A stretch of 64,000 nucleotides of DNA. It comes from an uncultured Veillonellaceae bacterium. GTDB lineage: Bacteria; Bacillota; Negativicutes; JARBTT01. Positions 1 to 10,787 of this stretch are shown here, piece by piece (position 1 is the first letter of the stretch; every line of letters begins with the position of its first letter). A program made the position numbers and the translations under genes. A model generated the notes under the pieces. That model was not told the DNA's origin and ran no database searches. It saw only the letters and a program-made list of their open reading frames with translations. The stretch is from assembly GCA_963805085.1 (NCBI GenBank), contig CAWDTA010000003.1, forward strand, positions 256,001 to 320,000, in the 5' to 3' direction.

Positions 1-572
1 TCGCTTGTCGACCATTTGATAAGCATCATGATGGATTTATTTATGGGGAAGCTTGTGGTGTAGTAGTGATTGAACGAGCTAATTTCGCCGTTAGGCACCA
101 GACAAAGCCATACGCAATTCTTAAAGGCTGGGCTATGGGGATGGATGGAAATCGCAACCCAAACCCTTCGTATGATGGAGAGGTCGGGGTAATAAAAAAA
201 GCATTGGAGCAGGCGAATTTATCTGCTAAGGATATTGATTATATTAATCCTCATGGGACAGGTTCAATAATCGGCGATGAAACAGAGATAAAGGCAATCT
301 GTGATTGTCAATTAACTAATGCCTATATTAATGCGACAAAATCCATTACAGGGCATGGCTTGAGTGCGGCAGGTGCGGTGGAAGTCATTGCAACTCTTTT
401 ACAGATGAAGGGATCACAGCTTCATCCTACACGCAACTTGGAAGATCCCATAGAATCTTCTTGTAACTGGGTGCGGAAAGAAGCTATTTCTCATGTAATT
501 AAACATGCGTTAAGTTTAAGTATGGGATTTGGGGGGATGAACACGGCAATTTGTTTACAAAATACAAAATAA
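1..572 (+). CDS. pksF: PksF-like free-standing ketosynthase (beta-branching decarboxylase), 5' end outside the window
   Basis: Frame is open from base 3 (ACRPFDKHHDGFIYGEACG). Motifs INPHGTGS, TKSITGH and SMGFGG; adjacent to AT and AcpK-like genes. Confidence 0.8.
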   Translation, partial: ACRPFDKHHDGFIYGEACGVVVIERANFAVRHQTKPYAILKGWAMGMDGNRNPNPSYDGEVGVIKKALEQANLSAKDIDYINPHGTGSIIGDETEIKAICDCQLTNAYINATKSITGHGLSAAGAVEVIATLLQMKGSQLHPTRNLEDPIESSCNWVRKEAISHVIKHALSLSMGFGGMNTAICLQNTK

Positions 573-702
573 ATTGTGAAAGGAGAAAGCTTTTGAGTTG
601 TGTTGGATTGAAGCAATGAATGTTTTTTAGAAATTAAAATGAAAGTTAGTCGAGTTAGGTAAAACAAATAAAAATCTATTAAAAGGGAGATATTAATAAA
701 TT

Positions 703-1557
703 ATGAGCGTATACATTTTTCCAGGACAAGGGTCTCAAAGTAAAGGAATGGGTGGAAGTTTTTTTGATGAATTTGAAGAATTAGTATCGCAAGCAGATGA
801 GATTTTAGGATATTCAATAAAGGAACTATGCATGAATGATCCAAATTTAAATTTAAGTCAAACACAATATACTCAACCAGCTTTATATACAGTAAATGCG
901 TTAAGTTATTTAAAAAAAATACAGGAAAATGAAAGAAAACCGGATTTTGTCGCTGGTCACAGTTTGGGAGAATATAATGCATTATTTGCGGCAGGGGCCT
1001 TTGATTTTGGAACAGGCTTAAAATTGGTGAAAAAGCGGGGAGAACTGATGAGCCATGCGATCGGAGGAGGTATGGCTGCGATTATTGGGCTAAATGAAGA
1101 ACAGATAATCGATGTTTTGAAAGAAAATAATTTACAGAGTATCGATTTAGCAAATTTTAATTCCCAAACACAAATTGTCATCTCCGGCTTAAAAGCAGAC
1201 ATAGTAAAGGCTCAGACTATTTTTGAGAAAATTAAGGATGTACAGTTGTTTATCGTTTTAAAAACAAGTGGAGCTTTCCATTCGCGTTATATGAAGGAAT
1301 CGCAAGAAGAATTTACGGTGTTTTTAAATGACTTTACATTTTCTAATTTAACGATTCCCGTAATTTCAAATGTTCATGCTAGACCATATAAACAATCTGA
1401 TGTGAAAAACAATCTGATTGAACAAATCACCCATCCGGTCAAATGGTCAGAGAGCATTCAATATCTAATGGGGGTTGGAGAAACGGAATTTTCAGAGATT
1501 GGCCCTGGTAATGTTTTAACAGGATTAGTCCGGAGAATAAAAAAAGAGGTGGAGTAG
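703..1557 (+). CDS. Malonyl-CoA:ACP transacylase (stand-alone trans-AT, PksC/FabD-like)
   Basis: FPGQGSQ, GHSLGEY catalytic motif, SGAFHS malonyl-specificity motif. Confidence 0.92.
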   Translation: MSVYIFPGQGSQSKGMGGSFFDEFEELVSQADEILGYSIKELCMNDPNLNLSQTQYTQPALYTVNALSYLKKIQENERKPDFVAGHSLGEYNALFAAGAFDFGTGLKLVKKRGELMSHAIGGGMAAIIGLNEEQIIDVLKENNLQSIDLANFNSQTQIVISGLKADIVKAQTIFEKIKDVQLFIVLKTSGAFHSRYMKESQEEFTVFLNDFTFSNLTIPVISNVHARPYKQSDVKNNLIEQITHPVKWSESIQYLMGVGETEFSEIGPGNVLTGLVRRIKKEVE

Positions 1558-1656
1558 GTTTTTTTCAGATACACTACAGCAAGTAGAGCAAGGAATATTA
1601 AATATTGATCAAGCCGACCAATTACTACATAAATTTAATTTAATAGGAGGAGCAAA

Positions 1657-1905
1657 ATGAATAAAGAAGATATTTTTAAGATTATTGTACGTCATAGTTG
1701 TGAGGTGATTCCAGATTTAGAAGACCGTGAGATTCTGCCTAGTGATCGTTTAGTTGATTTAGGTGCAAATTCGGTGGATCGTGCCGAGATAGTAACAATG
1801 ACAATGGAGGTGTTAGAATTACAAATTCCTCGGGTGGAGTTATTTGGAGCAAAAAATATTGAAGGATTGGTTGAGATATTATATAAGAAAATACAATCAG
1901 CCTGA
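1657..1905 (+). CDS. acpK: Acyl carrier protein, AcpK-like donor ACP
   Basis: LGANSVDRAEI phosphopantetheine site; C-terminal KIQSA resembles Bacillus AcpK; RBS aggagg. Confidence 0.85.
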   Translation: MNKEDIFKIIVRHSCEVIPDLEDREILPSDRLVDLGANSVDRAEIVTMTMEVLELQIPRVELFGAKNIEGLVEILYKKIQSA

Positions 1906-2129
1906 GCTAAAAACGTCATTATAATGGCAACAGGCACCATACATTGCCATTTTAGAATGTGGGGTTTCCTTTGTGGAGATAGTTAATAACAAAGATAATT
2001 TGGGAGACAAGCCATCTAAAGATGATTCCGAATAGTACGTATAAGTGTTTTAATGCTTTAAAAAGTGCTGAACCCTTTTGATTTTAAAGGGTTTCGGCAC
2101 TTTTTTTGCTTGGATTGATAAAAAAGAGG

Positions 2130-2340
2130 TGATTATTGATGTGATTTTCAGCGAAGAGGAACATACCTATACGATTTCTGTAAAAGATAATGGCGTCGGA
2201 TTCGATATGGAGAATTATTCTAAGTTTTTTGGAGAATTAATCCTGTCGATGAATTTGAAGGAACTGGTATCTATAAAGCCTGGATGGCAGGAAAAGTTAA
2301 TGAAAAAGCCACTTTTTTCTTTAGTTTTCCAAAAGGGAAT
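2130..2340 (+). pseudogene. Fragment of a histidine kinase HATPase domain
   Basis: SVKDNGVGFDM (G1 box) in one frame; DEFEGTGI and AWMAGKVNEKATFFFSFP in a shifted frame; no sensor or HisKA part. Confidence 0.65.
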
Positions 2341-2485
2341 AGTAGACTGTCCTCCAGAACCTTATCCGCTTTGCCGGATGTGGTTTGTTAGTACAAACTA
2401 TTTAGCCCCCAAAAATTTGATTCGTAAAAATTAGATCAAGATAAAATTTTTATTAAAACCACTATAATTTGTAATCGGCGTAACG

Positions 2486-2514
2486 TTGACAATGCATATA
2501 TATGATACTATACT
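2486..2514 (+). promoter_or_regulatory. Sigma-A type promoter of the pxp operon
   Basis: TTGACA-17 nt-TATACT. Confidence 0.7.
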
Positions 2515-2617
2515 TATTCGTAGGTAATTAAATGAATTTTGAAGCAATGGCGCTTTAAACAGAGTAAATAGCTTTGTTCATTGCGCCTTTTTGTTTATTA
2601 AAAATGAGGTGTAAGCA

Positions 2618-3394
2618 ATGTGTGTAATTGATTTAAACAGTGATTTAGGTGAAAGTTTTGGTGCCTATAAAATCGGTATGGATGAAAAGGTATTGTCATT
2701 TATTACTTCAGCAAATATTGCCTGTGGTTTTCATGCTGGTGATCCTAGTGTGATGCATAAGACCGTAAAACTCGCAATAGCGAATGGTGTAGCAATTGGT
2801 GCTCATCCAGGTGTGCCTGATTTGATTGGGTTTGGCCGCAGGGAAATGGTAATTTCAGCGCAAGAGGCTTATGATATGGTGGTGTATCAAGTAGGTGCTT
2901 TGTATGGATTTGTAAAAGCAGAGGGTGCGGCCATGCAACATGTAAAACCGCATGGTTCTCTTTATAACATGGCGGCAAGAAGGCCGGAACTTGCTGAAGC
3001 AATTGCTGAGGCAATTTATAAGGTTGATCCAGAACTTACTTTATTTGGACTATCGCACAGCGAGTTGACCAAAGCTGGCAGAAAAATTGGTTTGAAAACA
3101 GCAGAGGAAGTTTTTGCTGATCGAACTTATCAAAAAGATGGTTCACTTACACCACGGAAACTTGCAAATGCAATGATTACTGATCAAGATGAATCAATAA
3201 AGCAAGTATTGCGTATGATTAAAGCCGGTAAGGTCATGACCTGCCAAGGCGAAGAGGTTGCAATTAAAGCTGACACCGTTTGTATCCATGGCGATAGTGA
3301 ACATGCTTTGGCGTTTGCAAATCATATCAATGAAACATTAAAAAAAGAAAAAGTGACTGTCCAAGCAATTGGACGTAAATATATAGAGAAATAA
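2618..3394 (+). CDS. pxpA: 5-oxoprolinase subunit A (LamB/YcsF)
   Basis: [39 protein letters not shown]. Confidence 0.95.
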   Translation: MCVIDLNSDLGESFGAYKIGMDEKVLSFITSANIACGFHAGDPSVMHKTVKLAIANGVAIGAHPGVPDLIGFGRREMVISAQEAYDMVVYQVGALYGFVKAEGAAMQHVKPHGSLYNMAARRPELAEAIAEAIYKVDPELTLFGLSHSELTKAGRKIGLKTAEEVFADRTYQKDGSLTPRKLANAMITDQDESIKQVLRMIKAGKVMTCQGEEVAIKADTVCIHGDSEHALAFANHINETLKKEKVTVQAIGRKYIEK

Positions 3395-3409
3395 ATTTAA
3401 AATGGAGGG

Positions 3410-4639
3410 GTGCGTTTGAAACCTGTATCTGACATAAACAAGAAAAAAATTGTTACTAAATCTAATTGGAGTTTATTGATGGGTGCGGCCTTTTTAATGG
3501 CAACATCAGCTATCGGTCCAGGATTTTTAACGCAAACAACAGTATTCACACAACAATTAGCGGCGAGTTTTGGCTTTGTTATTTTAATGTCGATTTTTTT
3601 TGATGTTGGTGCGCAATTAAATGTATGGCGTATTATTGCCGTTGCCGAAAAACGTGGTCAAGATATTGCGAATATGGTTTTCCCGGGGCTTGGTTATTTT
3701 GTTACTTTATTGGTTGTTGCCGGCGGATTGGCGTTTAATATTGGTAATATCGCTGGAGCTGGTCTTGGCTTTAACGTATTGTTTGGAATTTCTCCGATTA
3801 CTGGGGCTGTTATCAGTGCTGTGATTGCAATTGCTATCTTCCTCAGTAAAGAAGCTGGTAAGGCGATGGATAGATTTACACAAATTGCTGGGATTGTCAT
3901 GATTGCTCTTACCGTTTATGTAGCTATCGTAGCTTCGCCACCAGTTGGTGAGGCTGTGGCAAAAAGTTTTATGCCTGATAAAATTGATATGATGTCGATT
4001 ATTACGTTAGTTGGTGGTACTGTTGGTGGATACATCACATTTGCCGGCGGACATCGCTTGCTTGATGCAGGGATAAAAGGGGTAGAAGCACTACCGGAAG
4101 TTACGCGTAGTTCGATTATTGGTGTCGTTGTTACAGGAATTATGCGTGTAGTATTATTCTTAGCAGCTTTAGGTGTAGTTGCGAATGGATTGCAAATTGA
4201 TATGGCAAATCCACCAGCATCAGTATTTAAATTGGCATCCGGTGAATTTGGTTATAAAATATTTGGTTTAGTAATGTGGGGGGCTTCAATTACTTCGGTT
4301 ATTGGTGCGGCCTATACTTCGGTGTCGTTTATTCGTACATTCCATATAAGTTTTGAGAAAAATTACAAATGGATTATCATTGGGTTTATAATTATATCAA
4401 CAGTGGTATTTGTAATCGTTGGTCAGCCAGTAAAAATATTGATTTTAGTTGGCGCTTTAAATGGTTTGATTTTACCCATTACGCTAGGAACTTTGTTAAT
4501 AGCGGTTTACAAAAAAAGTATCGTTGGGGATTATCATCATCCACTTTGGATGACAATCTTCGGTGTTATCGTAGTCGTACTGATGACCTATATGGGTGGC
4601 TTTACTTTAATCAATCAGTTGCCAAAATTATTTTCGTAG
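3410..4639 (+). CDS. NRAMP-like membrane transporter (YcsG-like)
   Basis: Multi-TM protein with AFLMATSAIGPGFLTQT; lies inside the pxp operon. Confidence 0.85.
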   Translation: MRLKPVSDINKKKIVTKSNWSLLMGAAFLMATSAIGPGFLTQTTVFTQQLAASFGFVILMSIFFDVGAQLNVWRIIAVAEKRGQDIANMVFPGLGYFVTLLVVAGGLAFNIGNIAGAGLGFNVLFGISPITGAVISAVIAIAIFLSKEAGKAMDRFTQIAGIVMIALTVYVAIVASPPVGEAVAKSFMPDKIDMMSIITLVGGTVGGYITFAGGHRLLDAGIKGVEALPEVTRSSIIGVVVTGIMRVVLFLAALGVVANGLQIDMANPPASVFKLASGEFGYKIFGLVMWGASITSVIGAAYTSVSFIRTFHISFEKNYKWIIIGFIIISTVVFVIVGQPVKILILVGALNGLILPITLGTLLIAVYKKSIVGDYHHPLWMTIFGVIVVVLMTYMGGFTLINQLPKLFS

Positions 4640-4666
4640 TTTGATAAAAATAGAGGGGATGTTTAA

Positions 4667-5458
4667 ATGGCAGATATTTTAAATTTGAGTCCTGAAGCGG
4701 CGCGCTTGATGATTCGTAACAATGAATGGTTAAACCCTACTTCTGGTATGGCAAAGGGGTATACACAAGCGAATTTGGCAATTATGAAGAAGGAGTTGGC
4801 CTTTGACTTTTTGTTATTCTGTCAGAGAAATCCGAAACCATGTCCGATTATTGATGTGACCGAACCAGGCTCACCAATTCCAGCCATGGTTGCACCAACG
4901 GCTGATATTCGCACGGATATTCCAAAATATCGCATCTATCGTCATGGGGTAATGACAGAAGAAGTAACTGATATTAAAAAATATTGGGAAGATGATATGG
5001 TAGCTTTTTTACTAGGGTGTAGCTTTACCTTTGAATTTCCGATGATGAACAACGGGATTAGTGTTCGTCATATTGAAGAAAAATGTAATGTACCAATGTT
5101 TAAAACCAATATAGAGTGTACAAAAGCAGGGCGTTTCTCTGGTCCAATGGTGGTGAGTATGCGCCCGATTCCTGAAAAGGATGTTGTGCGTGCTGTGCAA
5201 GTGACTTCTAGGTTCCCATCGGTTCACGGAGCGCCAGTACATATTGGTAATCCTAGCAGCATTGGAATTAAGGATATTTTTAAACCTGACTTTGGTGATC
5301 CAGTAACCGTAAATCCTGGTGAAGTTCCAGTGTTTTGGGCTTGCGGTGTGACACCACAGGCAGCGGCGATGCGTGTAAAACCAGAACTTATGATTACACA
5401 TGCACCGGGGTATATGTTTATCACAGATGTTCGTGATGAGCAATACGGTGTTTTGTAA
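4667..5458 (+). CDS. YcsI/DUF1445 putative hydro-lyase (D-glutamate cyclase-like)
   Basis: [31 protein letters not shown]. Confidence 0.88.
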   Translation: MADILNLSPEAARLMIRNNEWLNPTSGMAKGYTQANLAIMKKELAFDFLLFCQRNPKPCPIIDVTEPGSPIPAMVAPTADIRTDIPKYRIYRHGVMTEEVTDIKKYWEDDMVAFLLGCSFTFEFPMMNNGISVRHIEEKCNVPMFKTNIECTKAGRFSGPMVVSMRPIPEKDVVRAVQVTSRFPSVHGAPVHIGNPSSIGIKDIFKPDFGDPVTVNPGEVPVFWACGVTPQAAAMRVKPELMITHAPGYMFITDVRDEQYGVL

Positions 5459-5529
5459 CAGTTAAAAGTAAATATAACTGACGGTGGAAAAGTTTCTATC
5501 GTCAGTTATTTTCATATGAAAGACGTGAG

Positions 5530-6285
5530 GTGACGATGGTGAGCGTAACAAAAGAGCTATCAGTAGACATGTATCCTTTAGGTGAAAATGCAATTATGGT
5601 CGAGTTTGGCAAGTGCATTCATCCCGATATCAATCGTAAAGTTATGGCCCTTGTGGAGTATCTTGAACAGCATCCATTTGAGGGAATGCTTGAATATATA
5701 TCAGCGTATAAAAATGTAACAATTTTTTATGATCCTTTATTGGTTAATGTAGTACCAATTGAAGTTGAAGCTGGCGAAATGCCGCTTTCTTATCGTAAGA
5801 TGGTGCAGTTTATCGAGGAAGTATTGAAAACGATTGATATGAACAAAGCGGGGCTGGCAAGTATTGTTGAGCTTCCAGTTTGTTACGGCGGTGAATTTGG
5901 CCCAGATCTTGCATTTGTTGCTAAGCATAATCAGTTATCCACACAAGAAGTGATCGATATCCACAGTAGTGGCGAGTATCTTGTGTATATGATCGGTTTT
6001 GCTCCGGGGTTTCCGTTCCTTGGCGGCATGTCGGAAAAGATTGCAACGCCAAGACGTTCCTCGCCACGCCTTGCTATTCCCGTTGGTAGTGTTGGGATTG
6101 CGGGCAGTCAAACGGGGGCGTATCCAATTGAAACACCGGGCGGGTGGCAGTTGATTGGTCGCACGCCGGTAGAACTGTTTTGTCCACAGAATAATCCACC
6201 AACCTTACTACACGCCGGCAATATTATAAAATTTAAGCCGATTACGCTGGAAGAATATCAAGCAATAAAGGGGGCTAACAAATGA
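5530..6285 (+). CDS. pxpB: 5-oxoprolinase subunit B (KipI-like)
   Basis: PVCYGGEFGPDL, GFAPGFPFLG, PGGWQLIGRT. Confidence 0.92.
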   Translation: MTMVSVTKELSVDMYPLGENAIMVEFGKCIHPDINRKVMALVEYLEQHPFEGMLEYISAYKNVTIFYDPLLVNVVPIEVEAGEMPLSYRKMVQFIEEVLKTIDMNKAGLASIVELPVCYGGEFGPDLAFVAKHNQLSTQEVIDIHSSGEYLVYMIGFAPGFPFLGGMSEKIATPRRSSPRLAIPVGSVGIAGSQTGAYPIETPGGWQLIGRTPVELFCPQNNPPTLLHAGNIIKFKPITLEEYQAIKGANK

Positions 6286-7289
6286 GCATCAAAGTCATTA
6301 GCCCAGGTCTTTTGACGACAATACAAGATTACGGTCGTACTGGCTATCAAAAACACGGGATCATTGCGAGTGGCGTTATGGATCGTTATTCCTTTCGAAT
6401 TGCTAATATTTTAGTAGACAATGATGAAAATGAAGGCGTCTTGGAAATAACCTTTATGGGTCCAGCGCTCTCTTTTCAAGCAGATACACTCATTACAATT
6501 ACCGGTGGTGACTTATCGCCAAATATCAATGGTGAATCAGTACCGATGTGGCGACCTGTCCTAGTGAAAAAGGATAGCGTGCTTAGCTTTGGAATGATGA
6601 AAGCTGGCGCAAGGGCGTATTTAGCAGTTGCTGGTGGCTTTGATATTCCTATTGTTATGGGCAGTAAGAGTACCTATATAAGGGCGGGGCTCGGTGGCTT
6701 CAAAGGGCGTGCGCTAGCCAAAGAAGATCTACTTTCAACACTGCAAACTAAGCCTCACCTAGATAAATTTAAAGCAGAGCTTAGCAAACAATCTGAACAG
6801 GGCTCTTTTGTTACCACATCGTGGTTCTTTGCCCCAACGCATATTCCAGCTACGAGTGAAAATATCGCCGTAAGGGTAACGCGGGGGAATCAAATCAATC
6901 ATTTTACGGATGAGTCTATCCATGAATTTTTCCGTAAATCGTATACCGTTACGCCGCAGTCAGATCGCATGGGATATCGCTTAACTGGAGAGGTAGTAAA
7001 ACTTAAGGCGCCACTGGAAATGATTTCGGAAGCAGTTTCCTTTGGTACGATTCAAGCGCCACCAGATGGCAACCCCATTATTTTGCTTGCCGATCGCCAA
7101 ACAGCCGGTGGTTATCCGAAATTTGCGCAAGTAACAGTCTTTGATCTAGCAGTGATTGCGCAGATTTGTCCCGGCAATACAATCGCATTTGTTGAAGTAT
7201 CTTTAAAAGAAGCGGAAGCTTTATATTTGCGAAGAGAAGCCGAGATGAAAGAAATAAAACAGGCAATCAAATTTTATTTAAAAGCGTAA
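6282..7289 (+). CDS. pxpC: 5-oxoprolinase subunit C (KipA-like)
   Basis: TTIQDYGR, SDRMGYRL, DRQTAGGYPK; ATGA overlap with pxpB. Confidence 0.92.
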   Translation: MSIKVISPGLLTTIQDYGRTGYQKHGIIASGVMDRYSFRIANILVDNDENEGVLEITFMGPALSFQADTLITITGGDLSPNINGESVPMWRPVLVKKDSVLSFGMMKAGARAYLAVAGGFDIPIVMGSKSTYIRAGLGGFKGRALAKEDLLSTLQTKPHLDKFKAELSKQSEQGSFVTTSWFFAPTHIPATSENIAVRVTRGNQINHFTDESIHEFFRKSYTVTPQSDRMGYRLTGEVVKLKAPLEMISEAVSFGTIQAPPDGNPIILLADRQTAGGYPKFAQVTVFDLAVIAQICPGNTIAFVEVSLKEAEALYLRREAEMKEIKQAIKFYLKA

Positions 7290-7309
7290 TGCAATATAGT
7301 TCGTTAAAT

Positions 7310-7347
7310 GAAAAGAGCAATCACCGGGCAGAGTGATTGCTCTTTTC
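7310..7347. terminator. Intrinsic terminator after the pxp operon
   Basis: gaaaagagcaatcac ... gtgattgctcttttc inverted repeat. Confidence 0.75.
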
Positions 7348-7569
7348 TCTATACGAGGGGGTATATTATTTTTATCACAAAGCAGCGATAAGAGCAGGGG
7401 ATGCTCACGGGTTTGTGATAAATAATAATCAAAAAGGAATAAAAAATAAAAGATAAAAGATGCCATGAGAGTAGTCTCCCACAGCATCTTTGCTTTTATG
7501 AATATAAGTATAATAATCTATTGGAAAATTGTCAATGAATTCATTGTAAAGTTGTAAACTTTTAATGTG

Positions 7570-8160
7570 CTAACTAATTCGTTTACTCGCTAAAACTTTT
7601 TTGCAGAAATACTTGTGAAAAGATAGATCATCCGTCAATTCTGGATGAAAAGCAGTAACCAGCATATTGTCTTGTTCAGCAGCAACGATTTTATCAGCCA
7701 CTTTGGCAAGGATGGTTACATCACCTTTTATGCTTTTTACATAAGGAGCACGAATGAAGATGAGTGGAATTGGCGTAGCGGCAATCTCTGGTAGGTCAAT
7801 GGTGGTCTGAAAGCTATCAAGTTGACTGCCGTAAGCATTGCGTTTTACAACTGTATCCATCGCTTTAAAATACGTAGTGTCTTGGCCTACGATTTCTTTA
7901 GCGAGTAGAATCATCCCAGCGCAAGTACCCCAGACGGGTAAGCCTTTCTTGATTTTTTCGGCAAGTGGTTCTAACATCTGAAAGTAGTTTAGTATTTTTC
8001 CTATTGCCGTAGATTCGCCACCAGGGAGAATCAATCCATCAATTCGCTCGATTTCTTCCAAGGTTTTGACTTCAATCCCTTTTACATTTTCTATTTTATT
8101 GAGGGCAGCAACATGTTCGGCTACGGCTCCTTGAATTGCTAGTACGCCAACAGTAATCAT
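7570..8160 (-). CDS. pdxT: PLP synthase glutaminase subunit
   Basis: GVLAIQG, PGGEST, GTCAG, FHPE. Confidence 0.96.
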   Translation of the reverse strand: MITVGVLAIQGAVAEHVAALNKIENVKGIEVKTLEEIERIDGLILPGGESTAIGKILNYFQMLEPLAEKIKKGLPVWGTCAGMILLAKEIVGQDTTYFKAMDTVVKRNAYGSQLDSFQTTIDLPEIAATPIPLIFIRAPYVKSIKGDVTILAKVADKIVAAEQDNMLVTAFHPELTDDLSFHKYFCKKVLASKRIS

Positions 8161-8163
8161 TGT

Positions 8164-9042
8164 TTACCAGCCTCTGCTTGCGAGTAATTCCGTTGGTGCT
8201 AATGTATCAATTTCAATACCGACCATTGCTTCCCCAAGGTCTTCGGATATTTTTGCAAGCTTAACAGGATCATTGTAGAATGTCGTTGCTTCGACAATTG
8301 CTTTTGCTCGTTTTACTGGATCGCCAGATTTAAAGATACCAGAGCCAACGAAAACGCCATCAACGCCAAGTTGCATCATAAGTGCTGCATCGGCAGGTGT
8401 TGCAATACCACCAGCGGCAAAATTTACGACTGGTAATTTACCATGTTCATGAATGTACTTGATTAAATCGTATGGTGCACCGTATTCTTTGGCAATTGTC
8501 ATAAGTTCCATTGCGGAAGCAGCTTGTACACGACGCATATCATTGACCATGGTGCGCATATGACGAACTGCTTCGACAACGTTGCCAGTGCCAGCTTCGC
8601 CTTTTGTACGGATCATTGAAGCACCTTCACCGATACGGCGTAAGGCTTCACCAAGATTTCTTGCTCCGCAAACGAAGGGAATTTTAAATTCAGCTTTATT
8701 GATATGATTTACATCATCAGCTGGCGTTAACACTTCGCTTTCATCAATATAATCGACGCTAATCGCTTCAAGAATTTGCGCTTCGACGAAATGACCGATG
8801 CGCACTTTTGCCATTACCGGAATCGATACGGCTGCTTGGATTTCACGAATCATTTTTGGATCAGACATGCGGGCAACGCCGCCTTCTTTACGGATATCAG
8901 CAGGAACGCGTTCTAGGGCCATTACAGCAACAGCACCAGCAGCTTCCGCAATTTTTGCTTGCTCAGCGTTCGTAACATCCATAATTACGCCACCTTTTAA
9001 CATTTGAGCCAAGTTCTTGTTTAATTCATATCTGTTTTCCAT
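8164..9042 (-). CDS. pdxS: PLP synthase lyase subunit
   Basis: [26 protein letters not shown]; start reassigned to ATG 9042 (MENRY) behind RBS gaggt. Confidence 0.97.
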   Translation of the reverse strand: MENRYELNKNLAQMLKGGVIMDVTNAEQAKIAEAAGAVAVMALERVPADIRKEGGVARMSDPKMIREIQAAVSIPVMAKVRIGHFVEAQILEAISVDYIDESEVLTPADDVNHINKAEFKIPFVCGARNLGEALRRIGEGASMIRTKGEAGTGNVVEAVRHMRTMVNDMRRVQAASAMELMTIAKEYGAPYDLIKYIHEHGKLPVVNFAAGGIATPADAALMMQLGVDGVFVGSGIFKSGDPVKRAKAIVEATTFYNDPVKLAKISEDLGEAMVGIEIDTLAPTELLASRGW

Positions 9043-9170
9043 GTAAAAATACCTCACTTTAATTTGTAATATTATCGTAAATTTGTTAAAATAAAAATTG
9101 TACCGATACACTTTTGGGTGTTTGGTATGAAATTTTTATTATTCTATCAAAGTCAAATGGAGATTACAAG

Positions 9171-10604
9171 ATGACAGAGCAATTTATCAATTTTGTATCG
9201 ATACAATTAAGCAAAGACAAACAAGAAGCATTATACGTGCAGCTTTATGATCAAATGCGTGAACTGATTGCTACAGGCAAACTCTCACATGGTTATTTAT
9301 TGCCGCCGGTAAGAAAGTTTGCTAAGTTTCTCGAAATTAATGCAGGAACGGTCATGAGCGCTTATAAGCAACTTGAAAAAAATGGCTATATCTTTTCGCG
9401 TGCTGGTAGTGGCAGTTATGTTGCTGAGCTTTCAAGTGTCGTTGACAATGAAGAGTGTGATGATAAAGAAGAAGAAATTGATGCAATCGAAATTCTATCG
9501 CCAAAGTTTGATGATAAATATATTAATTTGGCGAGTATTGCATTAAATCCTGATTTGATATCAGTAGAGGCTTTTAAACAAGTTTTGATTGAGGTACTTG
9601 ATCGGGATCAAGGCTATGCGTTTGGCTATCAAGAAAGTCAGGGCTTTTATCCACTACGCGAATCGATTGCGGAAGATTTAAAACGGTATGGCGTAAAAGC
9701 GGAAGCTAGTAATATGCAAATCATTTCTGGGGCGCAGCAGGGGATCGATATCGTAGCAAAGGCTTTACTCAATTACGGTGATTATGTTTTTACTGAGAAT
9801 CCTACTTATCCGGGGGCGATTGCAGCCTTTCGTTCACGTGGGGCAAAAATTGTGGAAATCGGCATGGAAGAAGACGGCATTCACATTGAAGAGCTCGAAG
9901 CGAAGTTGCGGAAATTTCGTCCGAAACTCATTTATGTTATGCCCAATATTCAAAATCCTACGGGTACTTCTTATTCTGTGGCCAAACGTAATCGTTTGAT
10001 GGGCTTGGCACGTTATTATAATGCGATCATTTTAGAAGATGATTACATCAGTGAACTAAACTATAGCAAAGAACCGATGGCACCGCTCAAGGCGATTGAT
10101 CGTGATGATCGTGTGATTTACTTAAAGAGTTTTTCAAAAATCTTTATGCCTGGGTTACGCTTGGCTTTCTTAACGATGCCACAACGTTTGATTGGTAAGT
10201 TACTTGCGATCAAGCATAACTCTGATATTTCTACCTCAGGACTCACGCAGCGCGCCTTTGATCTGTATTTGCGCAAAGGGATTTGGCATGAGCATATTAC
10301 AGCAATAAGAAAGATGTATTTAGAGCGTTTTCAATTAACAGTAGCAGCCATTGAGGAATTCCTGCCCAAAACGGTGCAGTACATCAAACCGCAGGGGGGC
10401 TTATCGATTTGGTTAACTTTGTCGGCAGGACTATCGGCGAAAGTAGTTGTTGAAGAGGCACGTAAAAGGCAAGTGCTAATCACAGAAGGCACGCCATTTT
10501 TCCCGCGGCAAGCGATTGACAGCCATATCAGAATTAGTTTTGCTACCGCGACATCAGTAGAAATTCATAATGGTGTTCATATTATCGGCAATATCTTAAA
10601 ATAA
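9171..10604 (+). CDS. pdxR: MocR/GabR-family regulator (GntR HTH plus PLP aminotransferase-like domain)
   Basis: HTH LPPVRKFA..AYKQL; SFSKIFMPGLRL PLP-lysine motif; divergent from pdxST; start reassigned to ATG 9171. Confidence 0.85.
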   Translation: MTEQFINFVSIQLSKDKQEALYVQLYDQMRELIATGKLSHGYLLPPVRKFAKFLEINAGTVMSAYKQLEKNGYIFSRAGSGSYVAELSSVVDNEECDDKEEEIDAIEILSPKFDDKYINLASIALNPDLISVEAFKQVLIEVLDRDQGYAFGYQESQGFYPLRESIAEDLKRYGVKAEASNMQIISGAQQGIDIVAKALLNYGDYVFTENPTYPGAIAAFRSRGAKIVEIGMEEDGIHIEELEAKLRKFRPKLIYVMPNIQNPTGTSYSVAKRNRLMGLARYYNAIILEDDYISELNYSKEPMAPLKAIDRDDRVIYLKSFSKIFMPGLRLAFLTMPQRLIGKLLAIKHNSDISTSGLTQRAFDLYLRKGIWHEHITAIRKMYLERFQLTVAAIEEFLPKTVQYIKPQGGLSIWLTLSAGLSAKVVVEEARKRQVLITEGTPFFPRQAIDSHIRISFATATSVEIHNGVHIIGNILK

Positions 10605-10787
10605 AAACTCAAATTTAAAATAATTAGCTCTATAGCGGAATCGTGAGTTTTAACGAGCTAGGTAAAGCAAACATATTTTATTTTTTTACAAATGCATCAT
10701 TTTAAAGGTTTCCTGTTTTAGCGAACTAAAGTATAATCTTATGTATGAGATAGAAAAGGACTAAAATGTGAGTGGGGGATTTTTTAC

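Noticed and set aside
2078-2434. Intact 118-aa gene
   Set aside because: Only the central part resembles a kinase, and the homology continues in another frame.
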